From the NCBI GenBank assembly GCA_905372515.1, contig CAJPPJ010000001.1:1-43681 (forward strand): a stretch of DNA of 43,681 bases, given 5' to 3'. Source of the stretch: an uncultured Eubacteriales bacterium (GTDB lineage Bacteria; Bacillota_I; Bacilli_A; RF39; UBA660). The translations under genes and the position numbers were made by a program. How positions within the stretch are numbered: the first letter of the stretch is position 1; each line of letters opens with the position of its first letter. The notes beneath the pieces are model-generated. The model was not told where the DNA came from. It was given only the letters and a program-made list of their open reading frames with translations, and searched no databases. Below are positions 1 to 8,561 of the stretch, piece after piece.

Positions 1-224
1 TAGAAAAAGTAAATAAAAAAGAAATTTATCTTGATATAAATTCATACTTTAGTGAAGTAATATTATATATACCAAAAGATACTAATGTAGTAGTAGAGGG
101 TTCTAGTTTATTTTCAGCAATTATTGATCATAGAGATAATAAAAATACTGACGATTACAAATGTACTTTATATTTAAAAATGAATTCAATATGTGGAGAT
201 GTTACTTTAAAAGAGGTTAAGTGA
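1..224 (+). CDS. 3' end of a CDS that begins upstream of the window. The beta-rich C-terminal domain is tentatively reminiscent of LiaF/DUF2154-type proteins.
   Basis: The frame starting at nt 3 is open from the window edge to TGA 222-224 (...EVILYIPKDTNVVVEGSSLFSAI...ICGDVTLKEVK*). The stop overlaps the next start (GTGATG). Confidence 0.4.
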   Translation, partial: EKVNKKEIYLDINSYFSEVILYIPKDTNVVVEGSSLFSAIIDHRDNKNTDDYKCTLYLKMNSICGDVTLKEVK

Positions 225-1135
225 TGATAACAATAGATGATTTTGAAGAAAAATTATCACCTAGATTTTCATATTCGGTTTTAAAATATATAATTGAAGA
301 ATATAAAAATAGATATAAAGAAATAGATTCAATATTTAAAAAAGAAGATTTAATGCTGAATATAATTAATACTTATAAAGAAAAAGAAGATAGTTTTAAC
401 TTAGAAAAAAGTATAGAAAATAAAAATAATTTAGATATTACATTAGCAAATAATTTTCAAAATATTCTTTTTAATACAGATATTTCACATTTAAGATCTT
501 ATGAACAATCAGTAATTAATAGGATTAAAGAAAAGACTTTAAAATTAAAAGAAGATCCTAAGAAAATTAAAAAATACTTTGAATATGAAGTAAGTGGAAG
601 TATTTTGTATCCTAGATATGTAACTAATGGGAAAGAATATTATAAACATAATATGTTTCTTGATTTAAATAGAGTAAAAGTAGAAAACTATGAACATCAG
701 TTAATTTTAAATCCTTCTTTGGAAGATATTTATTTAGTAATAAATAAATTAATTACTAAGTTTGAAAATAAACAAATAGATAATTATGTAATCTCAAAAC
801 CTATTTTTGTTCAGTTAAAAGATAAAATTCATTTATATGCTAAAGATGAAAAAACATTAAGTGATTATTTATTAGTATTAGAATCTTTTATAGAAGAAGA
901 GAAAGAGTTAGTTAATAAATTTGAATCATTACCACTTACTCTTCCAATGTATAATAAATATATTGGATATCAAAAAGGGAAAAATTATTTATCTTACAAT
1001 GCTAATTATCTGGCAAATGTTATAGATAGAGAATTACTAGAAAGAAATATAAAAATATTCGATATAGATAACTATAAAGATGAAATAATAGATAGTATTT
1101 TAGAAACAGAAAACTTAAAACAAAAAGAAAAATAA
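224..1135 (+). CDS. Hypothetical protein, about 303 aa, no confident family assignment.
   Basis: Long ORF. ATG 224 lies 6 nt after AGAGG and is preferred over GTG 221. A hairpin terminator follows. Lys/Glu/Asn-rich with no recognisable motifs. Confidence 0.6.
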   Translation: MITIDDFEEKLSPRFSYSVLKYIIEEYKNRYKEIDSIFKKEDLMLNIINTYKEKEDSFNLEKSIENKNNLDITLANNFQNILFNTDISHLRSYEQSVINRIKEKTLKLKEDPKKIKKYFEYEVSGSILYPRYVTNGKEYYKHNMFLDLNRVKVENYEHQLILNPSLEDIYLVINKLITKFENKQIDNYVISKPIFVQLKDKIHLYAKDEKTLSDYLLVLESFIEEEKELVNKFESLPLTLPMYNKYIGYQKGKNYLSYNANYLANVIDRELLERNIKIFDIDNYKDEIIDSILETENLKQKEK

Positions 1136-1167
1136 AAGATATTATTTTTATAATATCTTTTATTTTG
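1134..1167 (+). terminator. Rho-independent terminator.
   Basis: Perfect 12-bp inverted repeat aaaagatattat / ataatatctttt with a tttt loop, followed by a T-rich tract, directly after stop 1133-1135. Confidence 0.7.
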
Positions 1168-1196
1168 TTGATATATTTAAAAAATAATGTTAATAT
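1168..1196 (+). promoter_or_regulatory. Sigma-70-type promoter for the TetR-MATE pair.
   Basis: TTGATA (1168-1173), 17-nt spacer ending in TGT, then TAATAT (1191-1196), which fits an extended -10. Confidence 0.5.
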
Positions 1197-1202
1197 ACTA
1201 CT

Positions 1203-1224
1203 GGTATATACCTATGGTATATTG
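1203..1224 (+). promoter_or_regulatory. Candidate TetR operator.
   Basis: Perfect 10-bp palindrome GGTATATACC (1203-1212) just downstream of the -10, followed by a half-site-like repeat TGGTATAT (1215-1222). Confidence 0.4.
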
Positions 1225-1240
1225 ATAGATGGAGAAAAGT

Positions 1241-1855
1241 ATGAATATATCAAAGACACAAGAAAAAATATTAGAAATTGGTAAAAAAGAATTTTTAGAT
1301 AAAGGATTTAAAGAAGCTTCATTAAATGAAATAGTGGAAAAAGCTGGATTTACAAAAGGAGCATTTTATGGATATTATCCAACTAAAGAATCTCTTTTTG
1401 ATTCTTTAGTTTTTGAAGTTATAAATGAATTTAATGAAAAATTTAAAAAAGCAAAAGATGATCATTTTAATCTTATACTTCAAAATAAAGCCTCAAGAAC
1501 TATTAATTTATCAACTGATTATTTAAAATATTTTGTTAATTATGTATATGATCATTTTGATGTATTTAAATTGATACTTTGCTGTTCGAATGGAACAAAA
1601 TACAATAATTATATTCATAACTTAGTTGTACAAGATATCATATGGACAGAAGAATTTTTTAAGATTCTAAAAGCTAAAAACAAAATTAGAGGAAATATTA
1701 GTAAAGAGCTTCATCATATGATTATAAGTGCATACTTTACAGCAGCATTTGAGACTGTAGTACATGATATGAAAAGAGAAGAAGCTATAAAATATATTGA
1801 AGAACTCGCGACATTTTTTAACGCTGGATGGAAAAGCCTTATAACTTTCATATAA
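1241..1855 (+). CDS. TetR/AcrR family transcriptional regulator.
   Basis: N-terminal HTH signature KILEIGKKEFLDKGFKEASLNEIVEKAGFTKGAFYGYYPTKESLF. ATG 1241 has GGAG 6 nt upstream, whereas ATG 1229 has no SD. Confidence 0.9.
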   Translation: MNISKTQEKILEIGKKEFLDKGFKEASLNEIVEKAGFTKGAFYGYYPTKESLFDSLVFEVINEFNEKFKKAKDDHFNLILQNKASRTINLSTDYLKYFVNYVYDHFDVFKLILCCSNGTKYNNYIHNLVVQDIIWTEEFFKILKAKNKIRGNISKELHHMIISAYFTAAFETVVHDMKREEAIKYIEELATFFNAGWKSLITFI

Positions 1856-1871
1856 ATAAAGGAGATAAAAA

Positions 1872-3236
1872 ATGAATGTAAGAGATAAATTACTTAAAGA
1901 AAATCCATGGAAATTAATGCTAAATCTTAGCATACCAGCTATTTTAGGTCAATTTATAGTAGGCTTATATGCCTTTGTTGATTCTATTTATGTTGGTCAA
2001 ATGGTAGGAACAGATGCAATGAGTGCAGTTTCTGCAGCATCACCGTTTATATTAATTAATAATGCAGTAGCAGTGCTTTTAGGTATTGGTTCTGGTTCTG
2101 TTCTTTCAAGAGCAATTGGAGATAAAGATGAAAAAACAATTAAGAAAATAATGGGAAATTTTACTTTTTTAGTAATATTGCTTTCATCTTTTATTATGAT
2201 TGTGGGGATAATTTTATCGCCATGGTTGATTAGTTTATCAGGAGCAAAAGGGAATATTCAAAATATGGGTGTTTCTTATCTTAGAATTATTTATATCGGT
2301 TCTATATTTGTAAATTTTATGCAAGGAGCTAATATGATTATTAGAGCAGAAGGAAGAATGAAAACAGCGATGGGAATTATGGGAGCAGGAGCGCTTTTAA
2401 ATATAATTTTAGATCCTATATTTATATTACTTTTTCCTTCTAAAGGGCCACAGGCAGTAGCATTAGCAACTATTATTTCTCAATTGATTCAAGCTCTAGT
2501 AACACTTATTTATTTTTTGAAAATAAGTCCAGTTGTAAAATTTAATGGTCTAAAGATAGCAAGAGATATAAATAAAGAAATATTTTCAGTAGGTATTAGT
2601 GCAATGCTTATGCAAATTATGATGCTTATACAAATGACTATAGTATATAATACAGCAGTACGATATGGTGGTAAAAGTCAAATAGCTCTTATGGGTGCTG
2701 CTCAAAGAGTATTGCAATTAGCTTTTGTTCCAATTTGGGGAATGAGTCAGGGAATGCAACCAGCAATAGGAACAAACTTTGGAGCTAAAGAGTATTTGCG
2801 TGTAAAAAAACTTACTAATGTATTTATAATAGGATCAACTGTATTAGCAGGTATATTTTTTATTATAATTGAAATATTTTCTAAACAAATATTATCAACT
2901 TTTATAACAAATTATAAAATAGTAAATGAAGGATTAGTAAATTTTAGATTAATGTATTTAATGTTTTTAACATATGGCTTTTTAATTATGATAGTCACTT
3001 ATTTTCAAGCAATTGGAAAATCAAAACAAGCAGGCTTTCTTGTAATGTTAAGACAATTTTTACTTGTAATACCATTAGTGTTAATAATACCCATACTTCT
3101 AAATAAAAATGTTTTAGGTGTATGGTTAGCATTACCAATAAATGATACTATAATATTTATATTTGCAATATTTATGTTAATGAAAGAATATAAGTATTTA
3201 AATAATCTTATTAATAGAACAAAATTAATAATTTAA
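1872..3236 (+). CDS. MATE family efflux transporter.
   Basis: 454 aa with about 12 hydrophobic segments. N-terminus PWKLMLNLSIPAILGQFIVGLYAFVDSIYVGQ is typical of MATE/NorM-like proteins. Strong SD AAGGAG. Confidence 0.9.
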   Translation: MNVRDKLLKENPWKLMLNLSIPAILGQFIVGLYAFVDSIYVGQMVGTDAMSAVSAASPFILINNAVAVLLGIGSGSVLSRAIGDKDEKTIKKIMGNFTFLVILLSSFIMIVGIILSPWLISLSGAKGNIQNMGVSYLRIIYIGSIFVNFMQGANMIIRAEGRMKTAMGIMGAGALLNIILDPIFILLFPSKGPQAVALATIISQLIQALVTLIYFLKISPVVKFNGLKIARDINKEIFSVGISAMLMQIMMLIQMTIVYNTAVRYGGKSQIALMGAAQRVLQLAFVPIWGMSQGMQPAIGTNFGAKEYLRVKKLTNVFIIGSTVLAGIFFIIIEIFSKQILSTFITNYKIVNEGLVNFRLMYLMFLTYGFLIMIVTYFQAIGKSKQAGFLVMLRQFLLVIPLVLIIPILLNKNVLGVWLALPINDTIIFIFAIFMLMKEYKYLNNLINRTKLII

Positions 3237-3246
3237 AATCACAATA

Positions 3247-3288
3247 AATTCCAAAAAGTAGTAAAAATTGACTTTTTGGAATTTTTTT
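3247..3288 (+). terminator. Rho-independent terminator.
   Basis: 13-bp stem aattccaaaaagt / actttttggaatt followed by a T run. Confidence 0.75.
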
Positions 3289-3296
3289 GATATAAT
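3268..3296 (+). promoter_or_regulatory. Near-consensus promoter overlapping the preceding terminator.
   Basis: TTGACT (3268-3273), 17-nt spacer ending in TGA, then TATAAT (3291-3296). Confidence 0.6.
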
Positions 3297-3326
3297 ATCG
3301 GCATATTTAATAAATGGGGGTTTATT

Positions 3327-4244
3327 ATGAGAGATGTTGAATTAAAAAAATATGTAGTACCAGGTAAAGTAAAAGCTGATATTACTTTAATTGGAGACTT
3401 ACACTATACAAAAGGTATGGAAGAAGGTTTCTTATCACAAATAGTTAGTGAAATAAAAGAAGATAAAAGTACAGTTTGTTTTGTTGGAGATATACTTCAT
3501 GAAGCTAATATAATAGAAGATGAACAACATAGAAATATTATAAGAAACTTTATGAAAGAATTAGCACAAAAACATAATATAAATATTATTTTAGGTAATC
3601 ATGATGTTATGAGTAGAAAAGATGATAAATGGGTAGAAGATAAACAAGCGATAGACTTTTATGAAACATTAGCTAAAGAAGCTAAAATTAATTTTTTAGA
3701 TAATACAATACAAAGTAATTTAAATTCTAGAAATACTTTTGTAGGAGTTAATCCAGGTTTTGATTTCTATGAAAATGAAAATAAAAAAGAAGATAAAGAA
3801 AAACTATTACAAAAATTAAAAGAATTAAAAACAATAAGAAAACACATAGAAGATAATTTATTACCATTTTATGAACAAAATAATATTTTATTAATGCATT
3901 CACCATATTTATCAGATGATAAAGAAATAAAAAAAGAATTAAGAGAATATGACTTAGTATTATGTGGACATATGCATAATGGATGTGTACCTGAAATATT
4001 TGATAATAAAGAGGGTAATAAAGGTATAATTTCTCCATATAATGATTTATTTTGTGATAATGCAAGAGGATATAAAGTAATATCAGATAATAGTCATTTA
4101 ATAATAACAGGTGGTTTAACTAAAATAGCAGGAGATTCTAAGTTAAAAAGATTTTTTAATGGATTATTTCCAGTATCAATAGATAAAATAGCTATAAGAG
4201 AAGGTGTTAAAGAATTACTATCTTATAAGTCACATAGAAGATAA
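3327..4244 (+). CDS. Calcineurin-like metallophosphoesterase.
   Basis: Motifs GDLHY, GDILHE, GNHD and CGHMHNG occur in canonical order. Confidence 0.8.
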   Translation: MRDVELKKYVVPGKVKADITLIGDLHYTKGMEEGFLSQIVSEIKEDKSTVCFVGDILHEANIIEDEQHRNIIRNFMKELAQKHNINIILGNHDVMSRKDDKWVEDKQAIDFYETLAKEAKINFLDNTIQSNLNSRNTFVGVNPGFDFYENENKKEDKEKLLQKLKELKTIRKHIEDNLLPFYEQNNILLMHSPYLSDDKEIKKELREYDLVLCGHMHNGCVPEIFDNKEGNKGIISPYNDLFCDNARGYKVISDNSHLIITGGLTKIAGDSKLKRFFNGLFPVSIDKIAIREGVKELLSYKSHRR

Positions 4245-4272
4245 AAAATCAAACATTTAGTTTGATTTTTTT
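4244..4272 (+). terminator. Rho-independent terminator.
   Basis: Stem aaaaatcaaac / gtttgattttt with loop attta, followed by a T run. Confidence 0.7.
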
Positions 4273-4280
4273 GTTATAAT
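4272..4280 (+). promoter_or_regulatory. Extended -10 element TGTTATAAT.
   Basis: TGnTATAAT 20 nt upstream of the tlyA ATG. The same 9-mer recurs upstream of several operons in this window. Confidence 0.45.
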
Positions 4281-4299
4281 AACAAGAAGAGAAAAAAAT

Positions 4300-5091
4300 A
4301 TGAAAAATAGAATAGATAAAGAAATGTCTGAAAGATTATTAGCACCATCTAGATCTAAAGCTCAAGAATTAATTAATTTAGGAGTAGTTTTTTGTAATGA
4401 TAAAAAAATAGATAAAGCTAATTTTTTAGTAAATAAAGAAGATAAAATTATTATTAAAGATAATAAATTATTAAAATATGTATCTAGAGGAGGTTTAAAA
4501 TTAGAAAAAGCATTAGATTATTTTAATATTAATGTAAAAAATTTAATTGCTATGGATATAGGTTCTAGTACAGGTGGTTTTTGTGATTGCTTAACTCAAA
4601 ATGGTATAAAAAAAGTAATAGCAATAGATGTAGGTAGAAATTTGCTTCATGATAGTTTAAGAAACAATAAATTAATAGAATTACATGAAGAAACTAATTT
4701 TAAAGAAATAGAGGGTAGTTATTTTAAAGATATTGATATTATTACATGTGATGTATCTTTTATATCAATAAAAGCTATTATAGAAAAAGTATTTAGAGAA
4801 AATATTAAAGTAGAAGGTATTTTTTTAATTAAACCTCAGTTTGAATGTGGTAAAGACTTAGCATATAAATATAAGGGTATTATTTTAAATAAGAAAGTAC
4901 ATATAAAAATCATAAAAGAATTATTTAAATATTTTAATAGTTTAGATTTTTATATAAAAGATTTTACTTTTTCTCCAATATCAGGAGGAGATGGTAATAT
5001 AGAATATTTAGTATATTTATCTAACAAAATATCTACTAATAAAAAAATTAATATAGAATCTATAGTACAAGAAGGATTTAGGAGTAAATAA
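4300..5091 (+). CDS. tlyA: TlyA family rRNA (cytidine-2'-O)-methyltransferase (hemolysin A-like).
   Basis: S4-like N-terminus (RIDKEM..SRSKAQELI), VSRGGLKLEKAL, and SAM motif DIGSSTGGFCDCL. Confidence 0.9.
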   Translation: MKNRIDKEMSERLLAPSRSKAQELINLGVVFCNDKKIDKANFLVNKEDKIIIKDNKLLKYVSRGGLKLEKALDYFNINVKNLIAMDIGSSTGGFCDCLTQNGIKKVIAIDVGRNLLHDSLRNNKLIELHEETNFKEIEGSYFKDIDIITCDVSFISIKAIIEKVFRENIKVEGIFLIKPQFECGKDLAYKYKGIILNKKVHIKIIKELFKYFNSLDFYIKDFTFSPISGGDGNIEYLVYLSNKISTNKKINIESIVQEGFRSK

Positions 5092-5630
5092 TGATAAAAG
5101 TAAGTGAAGTAAAAAAGACAGAACCAAAAATATATGAAAATAAAATACAAGAGTTAGCATATAAAGTATTAAAAGAGTTAAATATAGAATTTGAAAGAGT
5201 AGATAATTCTTGTGCTATTACGATGGAAGATTGTATAGAAATAGATAAAAAATTAAATATGAAAACAGTTAAAACTTTATTTTTAAATAATAGACAAGAA
5301 ACTATGTTTTATATGTTTATTACTCCAGGAGATAAAAAGTTTGAATGTAAGAACTTTGGTAAAGCTTTAAATATATCTAGAGTTTCTTTTGCTAAAGAAG
5401 AAAAAGTATTTGATATGTTAGGTACTAAAATAGGTGCTACTACGATATTTAGTATTTTAAATGATAAAGATTTAAAAGTTAATTTAGTTATAGATAGTGA
5501 TGTTTTAAAAGAAGAATATTATGGATGTAGTGATGGAACTAGAACTTCTTATATGAAAATAAAAATGAAAGACTTAGTAGATAAATTAATTCCATATTCT
5601 AAACATGAAATGATAGTTATTAATATTTAA
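5091..5630 (+). CDS. YbaK/ProX-type aminoacyl-tRNA editing domain protein.
   Basis: 179 aa. The overall pattern (..KTLFLNNRQ..FYMFITPGDKKF..GATTIFSILND..) resembles prolyl-tRNA-synthetase-associated domain proteins. SD AGGAG, and the start overlaps the tlyA stop. Confidence 0.55.
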   Translation: MIKVSEVKKTEPKIYENKIQELAYKVLKELNIEFERVDNSCAITMEDCIEIDKKLNMKTVKTLFLNNRQETMFYMFITPGDKKFECKNFGKALNISRVSFAKEEKVFDMLGTKIGATTIFSILNDKDLKVNLVIDSDVLKEEYYGCSDGTRTSYMKIKMKDLVDKLIPYSKHEMIVINI

Positions 5631-6434
5631 ATGAAAGTAAAAGAAATTAAAGTATCTAATTATGTAACTAAGTCTAATTTACCAGGTTTTGATTTTGTTA
5701 TTAATCCATATGTTGGGTGTTCTCATGCATGTAAATATTGTTACGCTTCTTTTATGAAAAAATTTTCAAATCATAAAGAAAACTGGGGAGAATTTGTTGA
5801 TATAAAATTAACTACTAAAGCTATTGATATAAAGAAGATAGAATATAAAAATATTTTTATGTCTTCAGTAACAGATTGTTATAACATAAAAGAAAAAGAT
5901 TATTTAATCACTAGAAATATTCTAGAAGAATTAAAAAACTCTCATTGCAACTTAACTATATCTACTAAATCTAGTTTGATATTAAGAGATATAGATATAT
6001 TAAAAGAGTTTAAAAATTTAAGAGTATGTATATCAATTAATACGATAAAAGAAAGATTAAATACTTTAAAAACTTTACATGATAACAATATTTATACTAT
6101 AGCTTTTGTTTCACCTATATTTCCATATATTAGTGAAGTTTCAAAAATAATTGAAATATCAAAAGACTATATAGATGAATATTGGTTTGAAAATCTTAAA
6201 TTAAGAGGAGATTATAAAAAACCTATTTTGAATTATATTAACTATAATTATAAAGATTTATATCCTAAGTATTTAGATATATATTTTAATAATAATATGA
6301 GGTATTGGAAAGATTTAAGTTTAAAAATAGAAGATATTTGTAATAAATATAATCTGAAATATAAAATCTTTTGGAATAATAACAATAAAGAAGAAAAACT
6401 AATATTAAAACAAGAAAGCTTTAAATTATTTTAA
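5631..6434 (+). CDS. Radical SAM protein, SplB/COG1533-like (the so-called DNA repair photolyase family).
   Basis: NPYVGCSHACKYCYA CxxxCxxC cluster near the N-terminus. 267 aa. Confidence 0.75.
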   Translation: MKVKEIKVSNYVTKSNLPGFDFVINPYVGCSHACKYCYASFMKKFSNHKENWGEFVDIKLTTKAIDIKKIEYKNIFMSSVTDCYNIKEKDYLITRNILEELKNSHCNLTISTKSSLILRDIDILKEFKNLRVCISINTIKERLNTLKTLHDNNIYTIAFVSPIFPYISEVSKIIEISKDYIDEYWFENLKLRGDYKKPILNYINYNYKDLYPKYLDIYFNNNMRYWKDLSLKIEDICNKYNLKYKIFWNNNNKEEKLILKQESFKLF

Positions 6435-6443
6435 TGTTATAAT
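6435..6443 (+). promoter_or_regulatory. Extended -10 element TGTTATAAT, a possible internal promoter ahead of the mazG-like gene.
   Basis: Exact TGTTATAAT in the 30-nt gap before the SD GTGAGG and ATG 6465. Confidence 0.4.
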
Positions 6444-6464
6444 AAAGTTAGTGAGGTAGAAGAA

Positions 6465-6764
6465 ATGAAATTAAAAGAACTTCAAAAAAAGATATATCAA
6501 AATAAAATTGACAAAGGTTTTAATACTACTGATATTGCTAAAGAATTTTGTTTACTTTATGGAGAAGTAGGAGAAGCTTATGAAGCATATAGAAAAAAGA
6601 AACCTGATTTAAATGAAGAACTTGCAGATATTGCAATATATTTACTTGGAATATCAGAAATACTAGGTTTTGATTTAGAAAAAGAAATAGAAAACAAAGT
6701 AAAAATAAATGAAAAAAGAGTTTATAAAACAATAGATGGAGTAAAAATTAAGGTTAGTGAATAA
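6465..6764 (+). CDS. MazG-like nucleotide pyrophosphohydrolase, small single-domain type.
   Basis: EVGEAYEA followed by EELADIAIYLL matches the ExxE/ExxD helix pair of the all-alpha NTP pyrophosphatase fold. 99 aa. Confidence 0.75.
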   Translation: MKLKELQKKIYQNKIDKGFNTTDIAKEFCLLYGEVGEAYEAYRKKKPDLNEELADIAIYLLGISEILGFDLEKEIENKVKINEKRVYKTIDGVKIKVSE

Positions 6765-6766
6765 TT

Positions 6767-7102
6767 ATGGTTGGAAAGTATAAAGTAATTACATTATGTG
6801 GATCTACTAAGTTTAAAGATGAGTTTTTGAAAGCTCAAAAAGATTTAACATTAAAGGGAAATATTGTTATTTCAGTAGGTTTATTTGGGCATAGCGGAGA
6901 TTCTGAAGTATGGGAAAATATGGATGAAGGTACTATAACTAAAACAAAAGAAATGCTAGATGATATGCATAAAAGAAAAATAGATATGTCTGATGAAATA
7001 TTTGTTATTAATGTTAATGGTTATATAGGAGATAGTACAAAATCAGAAATAGAATATGCTATTAAAACTGGTAAAAAAGTAAATTATTTAGAGGATAAGT
7101 AA
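6767..7102 (+). CDS. Nucleoside 2-deoxyribosyltransferase / Rcl (DNPH1)-like fold protein.
   Basis: VITLCGSTKF parallels the Rcl YFCGSIRGG loop. IGDSTKSEIEYA parallels the NDT DSGTAFEIGYA segment that carries the catalytic Glu. 111 aa. Confidence 0.5.
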   Translation: MVGKYKVITLCGSTKFKDEFLKAQKDLTLKGNIVISVGLFGHSGDSEVWENMDEGTITKTKEMLDDMHKRKIDMSDEIFVINVNGYIGDSTKSEIEYAIKTGKKVNYLEDK

Positions 7103-7687
7103 ATGAAAAAAATAGTATATCACGGAAGTCCAAGAGGAGATATTGAAGTATTGAAATCTCATAAAAGCACGCATCAAAAAGATTGTATATATGCAACTGA
7201 CAATAAAGCAGTAGCACTTCTTTATATGGGTAGAGGAAAAGGAGATTTAGATACTAGGCTTAGAAGTATAGATAAAAAACCTGAAGTAGTAGAAAGAAGA
7301 GCAGGAGTATTTGATAATTTATATAATAAAGAAGGTTATTTATATGAATTAGATGGAAGTACTTTTAATCATTATGATTATTTATGGTCTTTAGAAGTAA
7401 TATCTTTTGAAAAAGAAATTAAACCATTAAAAAAGATATATTATTCTAATATTTTAGCAGCTTTAGAAGAGGAAGAGAAAAAAGGAAATTTAACAATTTA
7501 TAGGTATCCAAATAGACCTAAATATATGCCTATAGATAATAGTGATTTAATAGAAAAATTCATTAAATTTGAAATACAAGGTTTAAAAGGTTCAATAGAT
7601 AGATTACTTGAAGTATATCCGGAATTTGAAGAAAAAGTAAATAATTATAAGGTGAAAAATGATTTTAAATGTAAGCGGAAGGACTGA
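7103..7687 (+). CDS. Hypothetical protein with a speculative H-Y-E ADP-ribosyltransferase-like motif pattern.
   Basis: VYHGSP (H7), CIYATDN (Y30) and YLYELDG (E82). SD GAGGA. The 3' end overlaps the next gene by 29 nt. Confidence 0.6.
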   Translation: MKKIVYHGSPRGDIEVLKSHKSTHQKDCIYATDNKAVALLYMGRGKGDLDTRLRSIDKKPEVVERRAGVFDNLYNKEGYLYELDGSTFNHYDYLWSLEVISFEKEIKPLKKIYYSNILAALEEEEKKGNLTIYRYPNRPKYMPIDNSDLIEKFIKFEIQGLKGSIDRLLEVYPEFEEKVNNYKVKNDFKCKRKD

Positions 7688-8549
7688 TATTGTTGCTTTT
7701 TATTCAGAGTGGTTGATTAATAGATTAGAAGAGGGATTTGTAGATGTTAGAAATCCCTTTAATCCTAAAATGATAAGTAGGATTATGATGGATGATGTAG
7801 ATTTATTGTTTTTTTGTACAAAAAATCCTATACCTATTTTAGATAAATTAAAGTATATAAAAAAGAAAATGTATTTTCATATGACTATAACGCCTTATAA
7901 GAAAAATATAGAACCAAACGTAATATCTAAAAATAAAATAATTGAAGCAGTAAAGAAGTTATCTGATATTATAGGAAAAGAAAATATAGTTATTAGATAT
8001 GATCCTCTATTTATAAGTGATGAATATAGTTTAGAATATCATAAGAAAGCATTTGAAAAGCTATGTAAAGAACTTTCTGGATACATTAATAAAATATTAA
8101 TTCATTTTATAGATGACTATAAAAATGTTAGAAAAAACTATAGTATTTTGAAATATAGATTACTAGAAGAAAAGGATTATAAACAAATAGCAGAATCTTT
8201 TGTTGCAAGTGCAAAAAAATATAATATAATAGTTCATACATGTAATGAAGAAAACAATTTGACTAAATATGGATTTAAAAAAGATGAATGTTTATCTAAA
8301 GAATTAGCATTTAAATTAACTGGGAAAGTTTATAAAAATAAATGGAATATTAGAAAAGATTTAGTATGTCAATGTATAAAAATGGTTGATATAGGAGTTT
8401 ATAATTCATGTTTACATTTTTGTAAATATTGTTATGCTAATTATGATGAAAATAAAGTAAAAGAAAATTATATGAAACACAATCCTAAATCATCATTGTT
8501 AATAGGAGAATTAAAAGAAACAGATATCATTATAAATAGAATTAAATAA
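7659..8549 (+). CDS. DUF1848 family protein (uncharacterised, Cys-cluster, DNA-repair-associated).
   Basis: N-terminus MILNVSGRTDIVAFYSEWLINRLEEGFVDVRNPFNP matches my recollection of DUF1848 N-termini. C-terminal CLHFCKYCYA cluster. Confidence 0.7.
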   Translation: MILNVSGRTDIVAFYSEWLINRLEEGFVDVRNPFNPKMISRIMMDDVDLLFFCTKNPIPILDKLKYIKKKMYFHMTITPYKKNIEPNVISKNKIIEAVKKLSDIIGKENIVIRYDPLFISDEYSLEYHKKAFEKLCKELSGYINKILIHFIDDYKNVRKNYSILKYRLLEEKDYKQIAESFVASAKKYNIIVHTCNEENNLTKYGFKKDECLSKELAFKLTGKVYKNKWNIRKDLVCQCIKMVDIGVYNSCLHFCKYCYANYDENKVKENYMKHNPKSSLLIGELKETDIIINRIK

Positions 8550-8561
8550 TATAGGTGGATA

